The position numbers and the translations under genes were made by a program. Below the pieces are notes generated by a model. The model had not been told where the DNA came from and ran no database searches. It saw only the letters and a list, made by a program, of their open reading frames with translations. A DNA stretch of 19,778 bases from assembly GCA_037446215.1 (NCBI GenBank), contig JBBIJB010000043.1:1-19778 (forward strand), read 5' to 3'. The DNA is from Armatimonadota bacterium (GTDB taxonomy: Bacteria; Sysuimicrobiota; Sysuimicrobiia; Sysuimicrobiales; Humicultoraceae). Shown here in pieces: positions 7,222 through 17,586 of the stretch (its first letter is position 1; every line of letters begins with the position of its first letter).

Positions 7222-7924
7222 CTACCTGCTCGAGGTGGACGGCCTGAATGCCTTCTACGGCACGAGCCATGTGCTCCAGGACGTGTCTATCGCGGTGGGC
7301 CACGAGTGCGTCGCCGTAGTTGGGCGCAACGGCATGGGGAAAACTACCCTCCTCCGCTCGATACTGCGCATTACTCCACCCGCCTCCCGTGGGCTCATAA
7401 CGTTCAAGGGTCGCCGGATCGAGGGGCTGCAGTCACACCAGGCGGCGTCCCTGGGCATAGGGTACGTCCCGCAAGGCCGCCGCCTCTTCCCCTCTCTGTC
7501 GGTCGACGAGCACCTGAGACTCACCTTCCGTAGGAGCGCCGATGGCACTGTGTGGACCCCCGACGCGGTGTACGACCTCTTCCCTGAGATCGCCCGCAGG
7601 AAGGCGCTGCCGGGGACGCGGCTGAGCGGAGGCGAGCAGCAGATGCTTGCCATCGGCCGTGCGCTGGTCACGAACCCTGCACTGCTGGTGCTGGACGAGC
7701 CCTCCGAGGGTCTCGCCCCGCTGGTCGTTCAGCACCTCATCGCAACGCTGCAGCGGTTGAGAGAGATGGGAGCTGCGCTGCTCCTCGTTGAGCAGCAGCA
7801 GAGAATCGCGGACGTGCTCGCCGATCGGGTGTACGTGCTGACCGCCGGCCGAATCGTTCACCACGCCACGGGGAAGGAGTTCGCGGTCGATGCCGAGGCA
7901 AGGCGGCAGCACCTTGGGATCTAG
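7214..7924 (+). CDS. livF: HAAT ABC transporter ATP-binding protein (LivF-like)
   Basis: Walker A GRNGMGKT, GYVPQGRRLFPSLSV, LSGGEQQMLAIGRAL, LDEPSEGLAP, LLVEQ. ATG 7214 overlaps the end of the upstream gene. Confidence 0.9.
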   Translation: MGDYLLEVDGLNAFYGTSHVLQDVSIAVGHECVAVVGRNGMGKTTLLRSILRITPPASRGLITFKGRRIEGLQSHQAASLGIGYVPQGRRLFPSLSVDEHLRLTFRRSADGTVWTPDAVYDLFPEIARRKALPGTRLSGGEQQMLAIGRALVTNPALLVLDEPSEGLAPLVVQHLIATLQRLREMGAALLLVEQQQRIADVLADRVYVLTAGRIVHHATGKEFAVDAEARRQHLGI

Positions 7925-7947
7925 GTCGTAGCCGAAGGGAGCGAGCG

Positions 7948-9186
7948 ATGGGCAAGCAGATCGCAATCGTAGGCGCCTTGGACACGAAAGGCCCCGAGTT
8001 CGCATTCGTCAAGCAGGAGATCGAGCGGCGGGGCCACACGGCCATAGTGATCGACACGAGCGTCGTAGGAGTGCCGGCGTTCTCCCCAGATGTACCGCGA
8101 GAGCGCGTGGCCGAAGCCGGGGGCTCGACGGTCGAGGAGCTGCAGGCGAAGGCCGACCGTGGGCACGCGATGGAGGTCATGACAAGGGGGGTCGCGACGG
8201 TCGTCAAGGAACTATACGACGCTGGAAGGATAGACGGAGTGCTCGCGATGGGAGGATCGGCCGGGACGATCATAGGGACCTCCGCGATGCGCGCACTGCC
8301 GGTGGGCATCCCGAAGGTGATGGTCAGCACGCTTGCATCCGGAGACACCAAGCCCTACGTCGGAACCAAGGACGTGGTGATGGTGCCTTCGGTGGTGGAC
8401 GTCGCGGGCGTCAACAGGATCAGCGCGCGGATCTACGCCAACGCCGCCGGTGCAGTCGCGGGGATGGTCGAGACGCCGACGCCCGAGATCCAGGAGAAAC
8501 CCCTCCTGGCCGCCTCGATGTTTGGAAACACGACGCCGATAGTCAACCGCTGCCGCGGCACCATGGAGGAGAAGGGGTTCGAGGTGCTCGTGTTCCACGC
8601 CACCGGGACGGGCGGTCAGACGATGGAGAGCCTGATAGAGGACGGGTACATCACCGGGGTGCTCGACATCACGCCGACCGAGTGGGCCGACGAGCTGGTG
8701 GGCGGCGTCTTGACAGCGGGCCCCGCGCGAATGGACGCGGCGCCCAAGAAGGGCATCCCGCAGGTGGTCGTACCCGGCTGCGTGGACATGGCCAACTTCT
8801 GGGCGCCCGAGACGGTGCCAGAGAAGTTCAAAGCTCGCCGCTTCCACCACTGGAATCCGAATGTGACGCTGATGCGCACCTCTCCGGAAGAAAACGCGGA
8901 GCTGGGGCGTATCATCGCCGAGAAGGTCAGTCGGTCGGCTGGACCGGCGGCCATCTTCCTTCCGCTGAAAGGCGTCTCCATGCTGGACGCGCCTGGCAAG
9001 GAGTTCTGGTGGCCCGAGGCCAACCGGGCACTGTTCGATGCTATCAAGACGCACGCCGGCGCCGGCGTCGAGGTCCACGAGCTCGACAACAACATCAACG
9101 ACGATGCTTTCGCCGACGCGGTGAGCGCCAAGATGCTGCAGTTCCTCGCAAGGACGACAGAGGGAGAGGAGCAACTCCATGGGTAA
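7948..9186 (+). CDS. Tm-1-like ATP-binding domain protein (UPF0261 family)
   Basis: [13 protein letters not shown] start, [61 protein letters not shown] motif ([11 protein letters not shown]). Confidence 0.9.
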   Translation: MGKQIAIVGALDTKGPEFAFVKQEIERRGHTAIVIDTSVVGVPAFSPDVPRERVAEAGGSTVEELQAKADRGHAMEVMTRGVATVVKELYDAGRIDGVLAMGGSAGTIIGTSAMRALPVGIPKVMVSTLASGDTKPYVGTKDVVMVPSVVDVAGVNRISARIYANAAGAVAGMVETPTPEIQEKPLLAASMFGNTTPIVNRCRGTMEEKGFEVLVFHATGTGGQTMESLIEDGYITGVLDITPTEWADELVGGVLTAGPARMDAAPKKGIPQVVVPGCVDMANFWAPETVPEKFKARRFHHWNPNVTLMRTSPEENAELGRIIAEKVSRSAGPAAIFLPLKGVSMLDAPGKEFWWPEANRALFDAIKTHAGAGVEVHELDNNINDDAFADAVSAKMLQFLARTTEGEEQLHG

Positions 9187-10015
9187 GCGTATTCCGCGAC
9201 AAGCTGTCCTTGAGCGGTTTCGTGAGAAGATCGGCCGCGGCGAGCCAATCATCGGCGGCGGGGCCGGCACCGGCATCTCGGCCAAGATGGCAGAGGCCGG
9301 CGGCATCGACTTGATAATCATCTATAACTCCGGCCGCTACCGCATGGCCGGGAGGGGTTCCCTTGCCGGCCTGATGCCGTACGGCGACGCCAACGCCATC
9401 GTGATGGAGATGGCGTACGAGGTCATCCCCGTGATCAAGCAAACACCGGTCCTGGCCGGGGTCTGCGGTACCGATCCCTTCAGGGACATGGAGCTCTTCC
9501 TTGGCGAGGTGGCCCGGCTCAACTTTTCGGGCGTCCAGAACTTCCCAACCGTTGGTCTCATCGACGGCGTCTTCAGGGAGAACCTGGAGGCAACCGGAAT
9601 GGGATACGACAAGGAAGTCGAGATGATCCGGATGGCCCATGAGTTGGACCTCATAACCGCACCCTACGTCTTCGACTCCGACACGGCCATGAGGATGGCC
9701 AAGGCGGGCGCGGACATCCTCGTGCCCCACGTTGGGCTGACGACGGCAGGGACGATCGGGGCCGCGGTCGCCCTCACCCTTGACGAGGCGATCCAGAAGG
9801 TCACGGCTATGGCAGGGGCGGCAAAGGCCGTGCGGCCCGACATCATCGTGCTCTGCCACGGAGGGCCGTTCGATGAGCCGGAGAACGTTGCCAAGGCCTT
9901 GGCGAAGATGCCGGGGATCGCTGGCTTCTTTGGCGCATCCAGCGTGGAGCGGCTACCCACCGAGCGCGCCATCACCGAGCAGGTGCGCTCGTTCAAGTCG
10001 ATTAGGCTCGCCTAG
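9179..10015 (+). CDS. TIM-barrel signal-transduction / phosphoenolpyruvate-hydrolase-like family protein
   Basis: [78 protein letters not shown]. Overlaps the UPF0261 gene by 8 nt. Confidence 0.9.
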   Translation: MGKRIPRQAVLERFREKIGRGEPIIGGGAGTGISAKMAEAGGIDLIIIYNSGRYRMAGRGSLAGLMPYGDANAIVMEMAYEVIPVIKQTPVLAGVCGTDPFRDMELFLGEVARLNFSGVQNFPTVGLIDGVFRENLEATGMGYDKEVEMIRMAHELDLITAPYVFDSDTAMRMAKAGADILVPHVGLTTAGTIGAAVALTLDEAIQKVTAMAGAAKAVRPDIIVLCHGGPFDEPENVAKALAKMPGIAGFFGASSVERLPTERAITEQVRSFKSIRLA

Positions 10016-10096
10016 ATCGATGGCCAGCCCGGCCCGCCTCAACGCGCCCCGAGAGGACACCCACGGTCGGCGGGCCGGGAAGCCGGTGACGACCAG

Positions 10097-10942
10097 ATGC
10101 TGAATCTGCTGTTCCTGAACGGGCTAACCTATGCGGCGTTGCTGTTCGTCATGGCGAGCGGGCTGACTCTCGCGTTTGGACTCATGCGCATAGTGAACCT
10201 GTCGCACGGTGCCTACTACCTCGTCGGCGGGTACCTGGGCCTGACGGTCTTCAGGATTACCGGCAACTGGCCCTTGGCGTTGATCGCCGGCGGCCTCTCG
10301 ATCGCGGTCATCGCCTGCCTGATGGAGCGGGCGCTCCTGGTGTGGGTAAGGGGTAAGGAGCTGCCCGAGTCGCTGCTGACGCTCGCCGTAGCCATGATCC
10401 TCGGTGACGCCGCCGTGGCGATCTGGGGGGGCAACCCTCTCAATCTCCAGCCCCCGGCGCTGCTCACGCCGCGCTTGCAGATGCTCGGGGTGGTGTATCC
10501 GGGGTTCCGGGTCTTCGTGCTGGTCTTCGGGGTCCTCGTGGGCATTGGGCTGTGGCTGCTGCTGATGAGGACCTCGCTTGGAATGGCAGTCCGTGCGGGC
10601 GTGGATGACCGGGAGACAACCGCGGCGCTCGGCATCAATATCGGACGCACGATGACCGCGGTCTTCATGCTGGCCGGGCTGTTGGCTGGCTTCGCGGGAG
10701 TCATCGGGGGATCCTACTGGGCTCTCGCACCGGGCGAGGACTTCCAGGCGCTCGCCCTCTCGCTGGTCACTATCGTCATCGGCGGGATGGGTAGCCTGGT
10801 AGGAGCGGCCGTGGGCGCCCTCATAACCGCGATGACCCTCAGTTTCGCCACCGCCTACTTCCCGGACTTCTCGCTGTTCTTCGTGTTCGCGCCGATGGCG
10901 CTGGTTCTGGCGGTCAGGCCGCAGGGCCTATTTGGGAGATAG
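10097..10942 (+). CDS. livH: HAAT ABC transporter permease (LivH-like)
   Basis: NGLTYAALLFVMASGLTLAFGLMRIVNLSHG, RTSLGMAVRAG, IVIGGMGSL, C-terminal RPQGLFG; many TM segments. Confidence 0.9.
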   Translation: MLNLLFLNGLTYAALLFVMASGLTLAFGLMRIVNLSHGAYYLVGGYLGLTVFRITGNWPLALIAGGLSIAVIACLMERALLVWVRGKELPESLLTLAVAMILGDAAVAIWGGNPLNLQPPALLTPRLQMLGVVYPGFRVFVLVFGVLVGIGLWLLLMRTSLGMAVRAGVDDRETTAALGINIGRTMTAVFMLAGLLAGFAGVIGGSYWALAPGEDFQALALSLVTIVIGGMGSLVGAAVGALITAMTLSFATAYFPDFSLFFVFAPMALVLAVRPQGLFGR

Positions 10943-10944
10943 GG

Positions 10945-11928
10945 GTGGCCATGCGCCGGATCGGCAGTTGGGCAGTCGCCGTCGTGGGAGTGGTCCTACT
11001 CTTGACGCTACCGGGATGGATGCCCGCATACTACCTGACGCTGACCAACCGGATCCTCTTCTACAGCCTGCTCGCGGTCAGCTTCAGCTTCCTGGCAGGG
11101 AGGGCGGGTATGACCTCGCTTGGCCAGGTGGCGTTCTTCGGGTTCGCGGCCTACGCGGCGGGGATCATGACCGCCAGGTACAGCATCCCGTTCCCGTGGC
11201 CGGTTGTTGTGGGGGTAGGCGGCGCGGCACTGCTGGCCGCCGCGGCCGGACTGATCGTGATCCGAACAACCGGGATCTACTTCCTCATGATAACGCTCGC
11301 ACTCGGACAGGTGATGTGGGGAGTAGCGAATCGGTGGGTGTCGCTGACCCATGCCTACGACGGGATCCCAGGTGTAGTGCCGCCCGTGGTCATGGGGGTC
11401 GCACTCAAGAACCCGAGCAACTTCTACTTCGCGCTATTGGCCACCTCGCTCGCCTGCTTCGCCGTGATGCTGGCGATAGCGCGATCACACTTCGGCCTCG
11501 CACTAAGGGGGATAGCCGCCAGCCCCACCCGAATGGCGGCGCTTGGCTATCCGGTATCGCTACTGCGATACCTGGCCTTCGTATTGGCCGGAACGCTCGC
11601 CGGCATCTCCGGCATCTTCTACGTCTACCACACCGGGTTTGTCCACACCAGCGTCTTCGACCTCCAGCGCTCGGTCTGGATCCTGCTCGTCTCAACGCTG
11701 GGCGGAGTCGGTACGTTCGCGGGACCCATCGTTGGGGTGGCAATCGTGGTGCTGCTGGAGAGCTTCATCGGCCAGCTCACCCACCGGCACGCGACGGTAA
11801 TCGGCACGTTGTTCATGCTCACGATAATCCTGGCGCCCCAGGGGGTCACAGGGCACCTTGGCTCCATCGCTGACTACGTGGCCCGCAGGAGAGGGGCGCG
11901 CCCCGCGGCACCTGGCAGTCTGTCCTGA
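10945..11928 (+). CDS. livM: HAAT ABC transporter permease (LivM-like)
   Basis: GMTSLGQVAFFGFAAY, GIYFLMITLALGQ, SHFGLALRGI, LGGVGTFAGPIVG, APQGV. Alternative ATG 10951. Confidence 0.9.
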   Translation: MAMRRIGSWAVAVVGVVLLLTLPGWMPAYYLTLTNRILFYSLLAVSFSFLAGRAGMTSLGQVAFFGFAAYAAGIMTARYSIPFPWPVVVGVGGAALLAAAAGLIVIRTTGIYFLMITLALGQVMWGVANRWVSLTHAYDGIPGVVPPVVMGVALKNPSNFYFALLATSLACFAVMLAIARSHFGLALRGIAASPTRMAALGYPVSLLRYLAFVLAGTLAGISGIFYVYHTGFVHTSVFDLQRSVWILLVSTLGGVGTFAGPIVGVAIVVLLESFIGQLTHRHATVIGTLFMLTIILAPQGVTGHLGSIADYVARRRGARPAAPGSLS

Positions 11929-11973
11929 GGAGCGCATGCAGGGTCTGCTGTCGATGACACAGAAAGCGAAGAC

Positions 11974-12762
11974 ATGGCGAAAGCGAAGCTGCGTGGATTC
12001 CTCTTCGACATGGACGGCGTCCTGTACCGCGGGGCCCGTCCGCTGCCCGGCGCGCGCGCGATGCTCGAGGAGCTCGACCGGCGGGGTATCCCCTACGCGC
12101 TGGTAACCAACAACAGCACCCGCACGCCGCGGCAGTACGCGATCCACATGAGGAAGCTGGGCATGCGGGTCCCGGAGGGTAGGATAGTCACATCCGCTGC
12201 CGGCGTAGTCTCCCACCTTAAGGGCACACTGACGCCCGGCGACAGGGTCCTGATAGTCGGGGAGAAGCCGCTCCGGCGGTTGGTCACCCGCGCCGGATTC
12301 GTCCCGGCCTGGAAGGGAGTCGAGGCGGTAGTCGTCGGGTTGGACCGGGGGTTGACGTTTCGGAAGCTGAGCTACGCGACCGAAGCGCTGGTCGGCGGCG
12401 CGGCGTTCGTCGCCTCGAACCCCGACCCCCTGCTCCCCACCGAGAGCAGCGCCCTGCCCGGGGCGGGAGCCTTGGTGGCCGCGCTCAGCTACGCCACCGG
12501 GCGTGAGCCGGTCGTCATTGGAAAGCCCAACCCGGCGCTGCTGCGCGAGGCGATGAGGAGAACGGGCACGCGGCCGGCAGAGACCGCAATGGTCGGCGAT
12601 CAGCTGGGGACGGACATCGCGGCGGGCGCGGCCGCCGGCCTGTTCACGGTGCTGGTCAAGACAGGGGTGGTGGCGTATCGGCGGAGACGAGGAGACCCCC
12701 GGCCCGACCTCACGGTCGCGAACATGGAGGAACTGAGGAAGTGGATGGAGGCCCGCCTCTAG
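11974..12762 (+). CDS. HAD-IIA family hydrolase (NagD-like phosphatase)
   Basis: Motif I FDMDGVLY, motif II VTNNS, NPD, GKP, MVGDQLGTDI, VLVKTG. Confidence 0.93.
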   Translation: MAKAKLRGFLFDMDGVLYRGARPLPGARAMLEELDRRGIPYALVTNNSTRTPRQYAIHMRKLGMRVPEGRIVTSAAGVVSHLKGTLTPGDRVLIVGEKPLRRLVTRAGFVPAWKGVEAVVVGLDRGLTFRKLSYATEALVGGAAFVASNPDPLLPTESSALPGAGALVAALSYATGREPVVIGKPNPALLREAMRRTGTRPAETAMVGDQLGTDIAAGAAAGLFTVLVKTGVVAYRRRRGDPRPDLTVANMEELRKWMEARL

Positions 12763-13931
12763 CCGACTATCCCGTGGGTGTAGGGGCTGTGGATCAGCGC
12801 ACCCTCCTCGAATCGCGAGGCGCGAAACAGCCCCAGATCGATCGCTCCCCAGCCGCCGGTGACGATCAGCGAGGCCAGCTCCTCGCCCACCGCCGGACTC
12901 AGCTTGAAGCCGTGGCCGCTGAAGCCCGCGGCGACGAACAACCCCTCGTACCCGGGCAGGGAGCCCAGCACCGGCTGCCAGTCAGGCGTCACGTCGTAGA
13001 GACTGGCGTAGCCGTCCCTGAACGCCACGCCCTCGAAGGCGGGTATCCTTCTCTCCAGACAGGCGGCGATCCGCTCGACGAAGTCAAGGTCCGCCCCCTC
13101 GTTGAATGAGTCGGGGGAGACCTCCTCTTCCGGGCTCTCCTCCACCGATCCGCCAAGGAACTGGCCTCCGATGTCGGGCCGGAGATAGAACCCTTGGCCG
13201 ATATCGACCAGCACGGGCCCAAGCGGCGACTCGTTTGGCGGCGCCTCCAGGATCACCACCTGGTGCCGGGTCGACCTGATCGGCAGGTCGATCCCGAGCG
13301 GAGCGAGCAGCCCCCTGGTCCATGGTCCGCCGGCGACCAGCACCGCGCCGGCGCTGATCCGGCCCGACGGCGTCTCCACCCCCGTGATCCTAGAGCCCTC
13401 AACGAGCAGCCTCGTAGCCGGGGTGCGCTCCATCACCGCGGCCCCGCTCCGCCGCGCCGCGGCCGCGAACGCGGTCGAGGTGGCGTATCCGTCCGCGTAT
13501 CCGGAGCCGGGCTCGTAGGCCGCCTTGCCGATGTCATCTATCGTCAGCCTGGGGTCTACCTCTCGGATCGCTCGGGGATCCAGCAGGTGCGTCTCGACGC
13601 CGATTTGCTGCTGGAGCCTGACGTTGGCGGCCAGCGTCTCCTCCAATCCCGGCGGCACGACGATCAGGAAGCCCGTCCTGCGGAAGTCGGCGCTGCCGCC
13701 GACGGCGGACTCGAACTCCTGGAGCTGCTCCAGGCTGCGCAGCGCCAGCCTTATCAGCGGGTCAAACGAGTAGTGCATCCGCACTATGCCGCTCGAGCGG
13801 CCTGTCGGGCCCGAGGCGATCGTGTCTCGCTCGAGGAGCACGACCCTCGTATTGTGGCGAGACGCCAGCCAGAAGGCGGCGCTGGACCCGGTGCACCCCC
13901 CACCAACTACGACGACATCGGCGACGGCCAT
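12759..13931 (-). CDS. FAD-dependent oxidoreductase (DAO / sarcosine oxidase beta-like)
   Basis: Rossmann VVGGGCTG, TGRSSGIVRMHY, YDVTPDWQPVLG, AAGFSGHGFKLSPAVG. ATG 13931 with GGGAGG 6 nt upstream. Confidence 0.92.
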   Translation of the reverse strand: MAVADVVVVGGGCTGSSAAFWLASRHNTRVVLLERDTIASGPTGRSSGIVRMHYSFDPLIRLALRSLEQLQEFESAVGGSADFRRTGFLIVVPPGLEETLAANVRLQQQIGVETHLLDPRAIREVDPRLTIDDIGKAAYEPGSGYADGYATSTAFAAAARRSGAAVMERTPATRLLVEGSRITGVETPSGRISAGAVLVAGGPWTRGLLAPLGIDLPIRSTRHQVVILEAPPNESPLGPVLVDIGQGFYLRPDIGGQFLGGSVEESPEEEVSPDSFNEGADLDFVERIAACLERRIPAFEGVAFRDGYASLYDVTPDWQPVLGSLPGYEGLFVAAGFSGHGFKLSPAVGEELASLIVTGGWGAIDLGLFRASRFEEGALIHSPYTHGIVG

Positions 13932-13966
13932 TGTCAACCTCCCATGCAGGTGTGCGCCCTCGGGGC

Positions 13967-14374
13967 CTAGCGGATCCCCAGGCTGTTGACCGATAGTGGG
14001 CGTATCACAAGGGTGACGCGGTCCTCCGGCCCCCCCCCGTAGCTGTAGTCGTAGGGCTTGCCGGTGTATCGAAGGGAGAGGCGGTCTATGTCGCGCGCGC
14101 CGGCGTCGGGGTCGAATCGGACCACCTTGCCCCGGATCTGGACGTACCTGTACATGCTCTCCGGGTCCACGACCACCAGGGAGAGGTGCGGGTGCTCCTG
14201 GAGGTTCTTGAGCTTGGCGCGGCCGCGGCTCGTGTTGACGAGGATGTCATCTCCGTCCAGCATGAACCAGACCGGCGTCGCCTGGGGCCTCCCGACGGCG
14301 GAAACCGTCGCGAGCACCGCAGGGTAGGGCTCCTCCAGAAACGATCGCACCGCCGCGCTGAGCTTGCCGGGCAT
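13967..14374 (-). CDS. PPOX-class (pyridoxamine 5'-phosphate oxidase-like, putatively F420-dependent) oxidoreductase
   Basis: AVLATVSAVGRPQATPVWF, NTSRGRAKLKNL, YRYVQIRG, IDRLSLRYTG. ATG 14374 with GAGGAGG SD. Confidence 0.88.
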   Translation of the reverse strand: MPGKLSAAVRSFLEEPYPAVLATVSAVGRPQATPVWFMLDGDDILVNTSRGRAKLKNLQEHPHLSLVVVDPESMYRYVQIRGKVVRFDPDAGARDIDRLSLRYTGKPYDYSYGGGPEDRVTLVIRPLSVNSLGIR

Positions 14375-14496
14375 CGGTAACCTCCTCGTGCGCGCTGTCA
14401 CACGTCTTCAACGGGCGGCGGCCCGGACCTCTTCCCATCGCCCAGATGCCTGGGTGAGAGAAGGATGATGAGGCGAACCGTGGAATTCAACTCTTT

Positions 14497-15531
14497 ATGC
14501 GCGAGAACAGCGATCTGCCCACGGCCGGCCCACGACCTCGCGGAGCGACGCGCGCGGCGATCCTGGGCCTGGGCGTTCATGTGCCGCCTCGGGTCATGAC
14601 CAACCAAGACCTCGAGAAGATACTCGACACCAGCGACGAGTGGATCGTCGCCCGCACAGGCATCAGGGAGCGCCACATCATTGATCCCGACCTCGCGGCG
14701 TCGGACCTCGCGATACCGGCTTCCGAGGCCGCCCTACGCGACTCGGGCGTGGCGGCCGGAGATCTTGACCTGGTGATCTGCGCCACCACCACGCCGGACA
14801 TGTTCTTCCCGGCCACCGCCTGCATAGTCCAGGATCGGATAGGCGCCCGCAAGGCGGGCGCGTTCGACCTGCTCGCGGCATGCTCGAGCTTCGTCTACGG
14901 GGTGATCACGGCCTCCCAGATGATCGAGTCGGGGATAGCGCGCTATGTCCTGGTGGTGGGGGCCGAGGCACTGACCAGGCTTGCCGACTGGAACGACCGG
15001 ACGACTTCGGTCCTGATCGGAGACGGGGCCGGGGCCGTGGTCATGGGACCGTCCCAGTCGGGTGCCGGGGTCATCTCCAGCGTCGTCGGCTCGGACGGCT
15101 CCGCGAGCGATATCCTGAAGCTCCCCGCGGGAGGCAGCCGCATCCCGATGACGATGGAAGCGGTGGAGAAGTCGCTTCACCGCGGCCGGATGGACGGGCA
15201 GTCGGTGTTCAAGCTGGCGGTTCGGATAGTCCCCGAGTCGATAGGCAAGGTGGTCGCCGGCGCCGGATTGACGCTGGACGACATAGACTGGATCGTCCCG
15301 CACCAGGCAAATCAGCGGATCATCGAAGCCGTGGCGCGCGGGCTCGGCTTCCCAATGGAGCGCATCGTCAGCACGATCGACCGCTACGGCAACACCTCTT
15401 CGGCCTCGGTGCCCCTATCGCTCTGGGAAGCCCTCAAGGACGGCAGGATCAAGGACGGCAGCCGCGTGGTCCTGGCTGGGTTCGGCGGCGGGTTCACCTG
15501 GGCGTCGTGCGTGCTGACCTGGGGGCGCTAA
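14497..15531 (+). CDS. fabH: Beta-ketoacyl-ACP synthase III
   Basis: DTSDEWIVARTGIRERH, catalytic Cys (AACSSF), His (PHQAN), Asn (YGNTSSAS), GFGGGFTW. Confidence 0.95.
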   Translation: MRENSDLPTAGPRPRGATRAAILGLGVHVPPRVMTNQDLEKILDTSDEWIVARTGIRERHIIDPDLAASDLAIPASEAALRDSGVAAGDLDLVICATTTPDMFFPATACIVQDRIGARKAGAFDLLAACSSFVYGVITASQMIESGIARYVLVVGAEALTRLADWNDRTTSVLIGDGAGAVVMGPSQSGAGVISSVVGSDGSASDILKLPAGGSRIPMTMEAVEKSLHRGRMDGQSVFKLAVRIVPESIGKVVAGAGLTLDDIDWIVPHQANQRIIEAVARGLGFPMERIVSTIDRYGNTSSASVPLSLWEALKDGRIKDGSRVVLAGFGGGFTWASCVLTWGR

Positions 15532-15536
15532 TCTGA

Positions 15537-15563
15537 GGACCCCCGGCTTGCCGCCGGGGGTCC
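15537..15563. terminator. GC-rich hairpin downstream of fabH, between convergent genes
   Basis: Perfect 11-bp stem GGACCCCCGGC / GCCGGGGGTCC with a 5-nt loop, 5 nt after the fabH stop. No U-tract. Confidence 0.55.
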
Positions 15564-15655
15564 GACGATCGTCGTAGCATAGGTGCTCGCGCTCTTCTGG
15601 AACAATCGGGGTAGAGATCTGTGCTTCCCCGACTAGATATGCGCGGCGTTCGGTC

Positions 15656-16291
15656 CTATCGCGCCTTGTAGCTGACCAGCTCCGAGAAGCCGCTGATCTG
15701 CCTGTCGCCGCGAAAGCCCTTGCGCTCCGTGCGCACCATCCCGATGCCCGGCGCGTACCAGGTCACGGTTGTCATCTCAGAGTCCTCGCCGACCATCACG
15801 CTTTGAAGCTTCCATGCGCGATAGGTGCCGGCGGGGACCTTGATCGTCTCCTCCCCGATCCACTTGTCGGTGATCTTGAGCTCGAAGGCCGAGTCCTGCG
15901 GGGACCAGGTCCAGGTCTGCCCTGCCCGCGGGGGGAACTTCAGGATCGGTCGAGGAGGCTTGCTCTCAACCAGGCCGCGGGGTGTGGTCGACTCGATGAC
16001 CAGCACCTCGGTGGCCGTCACAAGGTAGCAGGTGTGGGTGGTGCGCTCACGCCCGCGCTCGACCGCCTTGCGCTCCACGGCGGTGCATCGCGTGGACCCG
16101 ACGGTCTTGGGACCGGTCACCTTCGTGACCGCCTCGGTCCCCTCATCGGTCTTGCGCACCCAGACCGCTCCCGTGATCAAGGGGAACAGAGAAGGGGCCG
16201 GGGTAGCGGCCCCGGCGAAGGCCTGGCTACCGGCGGGAACCGCCAGGGCCAGCACCAGAAGGCAGAGCGAAACGCGCAGCAGCAACGCCAT
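15656..16291 (-). CDS. Secreted hypothetical beta-rich protein (DUF3108/TapB-like)
   Basis: Signal peptide MALLLRVSLCLLVLALAVPAGSQA. Motifs FPLITGAVWV, ETIKVPAGTY and WYAPGIGMVR; GAGGAGG SD. Confidence 0.75.
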   Translation of the reverse strand: MALLLRVSLCLLVLALAVPAGSQAFAGAATPAPSLFPLITGAVWVRKTDEGTEAVTKVTGPKTVGSTRCTAVERKAVERGRERTTHTCYLVTATEVLVIESTTPRGLVESKPPRPILKFPPRAGQTWTWSPQDSAFELKITDKWIGEETIKVPAGTYRAWKLQSVMVGEDSEMTTVTWYAPGIGMVRTERKGFRGDRQISGFSELVSYKAR

Positions 16292-16405
16292 GAATGCCTC
16301 CTCACGGATCCTTCAATACTCTTCTTTGACCCTTAGACCCCAGCGGGGGGTTCAGGGTTTATCGCTTCGGCAGGAACACGGCGATCCCTGCGGGAACGCC
16401 TGGGT

Positions 16406-17572
16406 ATGCGCTCAGGGCGATCTGCCACGCTCGTGCACCTGGACCGTCTGTGCGACCTTGGGCCCCGGGGCTCTGCCACGGAGGCGGAGCGCAGGGCGGC
16501 CGGCGAGCTGGCCGCGGGTCTTAGGGCGATGGGGGCGGAGGTGGAAGTCGAGGGGTTCAGGTCTCCCCCGTCGTTCGGGTACGGCTACCTCCTAGTCTTC
16601 GGCGGGGTGGCAACGGCCGGGCTCGCGGCGCCGCTCGCGCCGTGGGCCGCCGGGGGGGCGATAGTGGTCCTGCTGGTGCTGTACCTGGGAGAGCACACCT
16701 CGATAGGACCGTGGGCAGGCGCGCTCTTCGCATCGAGACCGTCCCAGAACGTGGTGGCGAGGTTCGCCAGGCCCGGCGCACGCGGGCGCCTCGTGGTCTC
16801 CGCCCACTACGACTCCTCGCGCGCGGGGCTGCTGTTCCACCCCCGGCTGGTATCGGGCATACGCACCTCGTTTCTGCTGGGCGTGGCCACGCTGGCTGCG
16901 GTTGCGGCGGCGGTGATCGCCCAGGCGGCCGGGGCGCGGGGCGCGCCGCTGGACTGGATCCGGTGGGCGGGAGGCGGCTACCTGCTCTTCGGCTGCGCGC
17001 TGGTGCTCGAGCGAGAGCTGCGCGGCCGCCACGTGGTGGGCGCGAGCGACAACGCCTCCGGGGTGGCCGTCGCGCTGTCGCTTGCCGAGGAGCTCCAGGC
17101 CCGGCCCCTCGGGAATCTCGATCTGTGGGTGGTGCTGACCGGCTGCGAGGAGGCCGGCATGGTGGGCATGCGGCGTTTCGTGGCGCGACATGGCGAGCTG
17201 GATCGCGACTCGACGCACTTCCTGATCCTGGACAACGTGGGCAGCGGCCGGCTCCGGTATGCCACCGGCGAGGGTATGATCCGGTTCTTCCCGTACCCGG
17301 GCCTTCTGGTGGCCGCGGCGAAGGAGGTCGCCGCGAGCCACCCGGAAGTCCGCCCCCTGGAGTACCGGCTGGCCTACCTGGACGCCCTGGTTCCCGCGGC
17401 CCGGGGGTACAGCACGCTCGCTCTGATCGCGATGGATGAAGCGGGCGGAATCCCGAACTGGCACTGGTACACCGACGTGCCGGAGAACGTCGACGCCGAG
17501 GTCTTGGACGCGGCCCTGGCGTTCTCGGCGGAGGTCGCGAGAGAGCTGGATCGCTCGCTGTCCCGCGCCTAG
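16406..17572 (+). CDS. Membrane-embedded M28-family metallopeptidase
   Basis: Zn-ligand motifs SAHYDS, GASDNASG, GCEEAG, LDNVG, WHWYTD. About four hydrophobic TM segments inserted in the N-terminal half. Confidence 0.88.
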   Translation: MRSGRSATLVHLDRLCDLGPRGSATEAERRAAGELAAGLRAMGAEVEVEGFRSPPSFGYGYLLVFGGVATAGLAAPLAPWAAGGAIVVLLVLYLGEHTSIGPWAGALFASRPSQNVVARFARPGARGRLVVSAHYDSSRAGLLFHPRLVSGIRTSFLLGVATLAAVAAAVIAQAAGARGAPLDWIRWAGGGYLLFGCALVLERELRGRHVVGASDNASGVAVALSLAEELQARPLGNLDLWVVLTGCEEAGMVGMRRFVARHGELDRDSTHFLILDNVGSGRLRYATGEGMIRFFPYPGLLVAAAKEVAASHPEVRPLEYRLAYLDALVPAARGYSTLALIAMDEAGGIPNWHWYTDVPENVDAEVLDAALAFSAEVARELDRSLSRA

Positions 17573-17586
17573 CCCCACGATTAGCC

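Noticed and set aside
7780..7810. LivF-like ATPase lacks the H-loop histidine (VEQ)
   Set aside because: EQ at this position is normal for the LivF subfamily.
5099..11928. ABC transporter as importer of the signalling peptide
   Set aside because: It is HAAT/Liv-type, not Opp/Dpp-type, and it is linked to its own MocR regulator and enzymes.
15934..15943. Extra copy of the CTGAAGTTCC motif (similar one at 6002-6011)
   Set aside because: Both lie inside coding sequence and are explained by Leu-Lys-Phe codons.
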